Assembly (NCBI GenBank): GCA_002633005.1
Contig: NMRA01000031.1
Coordinates: forward strand, 1,128,494-1,192,493
Direction: 5' to 3'
Length of the DNA: 64,000 nt
DNA from: Phoronis australis
Taxonomy: Eukaryota; Animalia; Phoronida
The notes beneath the pieces were generated by a model. The model was not told the origin of the DNA, searched no databases, and was given only the letters and a program-made list of their open reading frames with translations. Position numbers and translations under genes: made by a program. Of the stretch, positions 1 to 64,000 are shown piece after piece; positions within the stretch are counted from its first letter, which is position 1; every line of letters begins with the position of its first letter.

Positions 1-114
1 TGAGAAGAAAAACGGTTCTTTTGGTACCTACTTTTTACCACTATATTATTGATTGTTGTGGACATATAGCAGTGTTTGAGTACAGTGAGCAGGCCTCTTT
101 ACAACTTATTACAG

Positions 115-63534
<63,420 letters not shown>

Positions 63535-63699
63535 GTAAGTAATGGAGAAGGTTTTTTTTTTCCATATTTTTATTTTGCTCTAGCATGATAATTACAAGTA
63601 ATGGAGAAGGTTAGTCGGAATTGTATACTGTATGAGACTTCTTGAGATCCGATAATGGGTCCTTGAAACTGTGTTTGTGTAGGTGTGGGTGTGTGTGTG

Positions 63700-64000
63700 T
63701 GGCCAATGAAGGCATCCTATTACCTTATATGGCCAGTGAAGGCATCCTATTACCTTATGTGGCCAATGAAGCCATTCTATCACTATATGGGGCCAATGAA
63801 GGCATCCTATCACCTTATGTGGCCAATAAAGCCATTCTGTCACTATATGGGGCCAATGAAGGCATCCTATCACCTTATGTGGCCAATGAAGGCATCCTAT
63901 CACCTTATGTGGCCAATGAAGCCATTCTATCACCTTATGTGGCCAATGAAGGCATCCTATCACCTTATGTGGCCTGTGGAGGCATCCTATCACCTTATGC
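63700..64000. repeat. Minisatellite, 30-bp unit, ~10 copies, continuing past window end
   Basis: tggccaatgaaggcatcctatcaccttatg. Confidence 0.96.

Noticed and set aside
63592-63993. ORF with GCLHWPHKVI repeats
   Set aside because: Translation of a 30-bp minisatellite; no evidence of a gene.

Overview
Eukaryotic (animal, invertebrate-type; phylum not determinable here) genomic DNA lying entirely inside one large + strand, intron-rich gene for a low-density lipoprotein receptor-related protein 1 (LRP1). I traced 64 distinct coding exons by hand, all with GT-AG junctions and compatible phases, plus two duplicate copies. They run from the second YWTD beta-propeller through LDLa clusters II (8 repeats), III (10) and IV (11) and the furin site (RRRKR|SVDR, 61526-61552) into the last propeller. 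The 5' end, TM and cytoplasmic exons lie outside the window. Two exons appear twice in tandem blocks joined by a single N, most likely both haplotypes assembled end to end. The start of one exon is lost in a 48-N gap. Introns contain minisatellites, MITEs, Helentron/HINE-like and SINE-like remnants, and Penelope-like fragments with hammerhead-like motifs. The most interesting signals are: a candidate 15-nt in-frame microexon with neural-microexon-type flanking motifs in the longest intron (28874-28888); tandem duplications seeded on exon-intron junctions that create decoy splice sites; a perfect 74-bp palindrome; and MITEs with 6-bp target-site duplications. No prokaryotic-type system is present.
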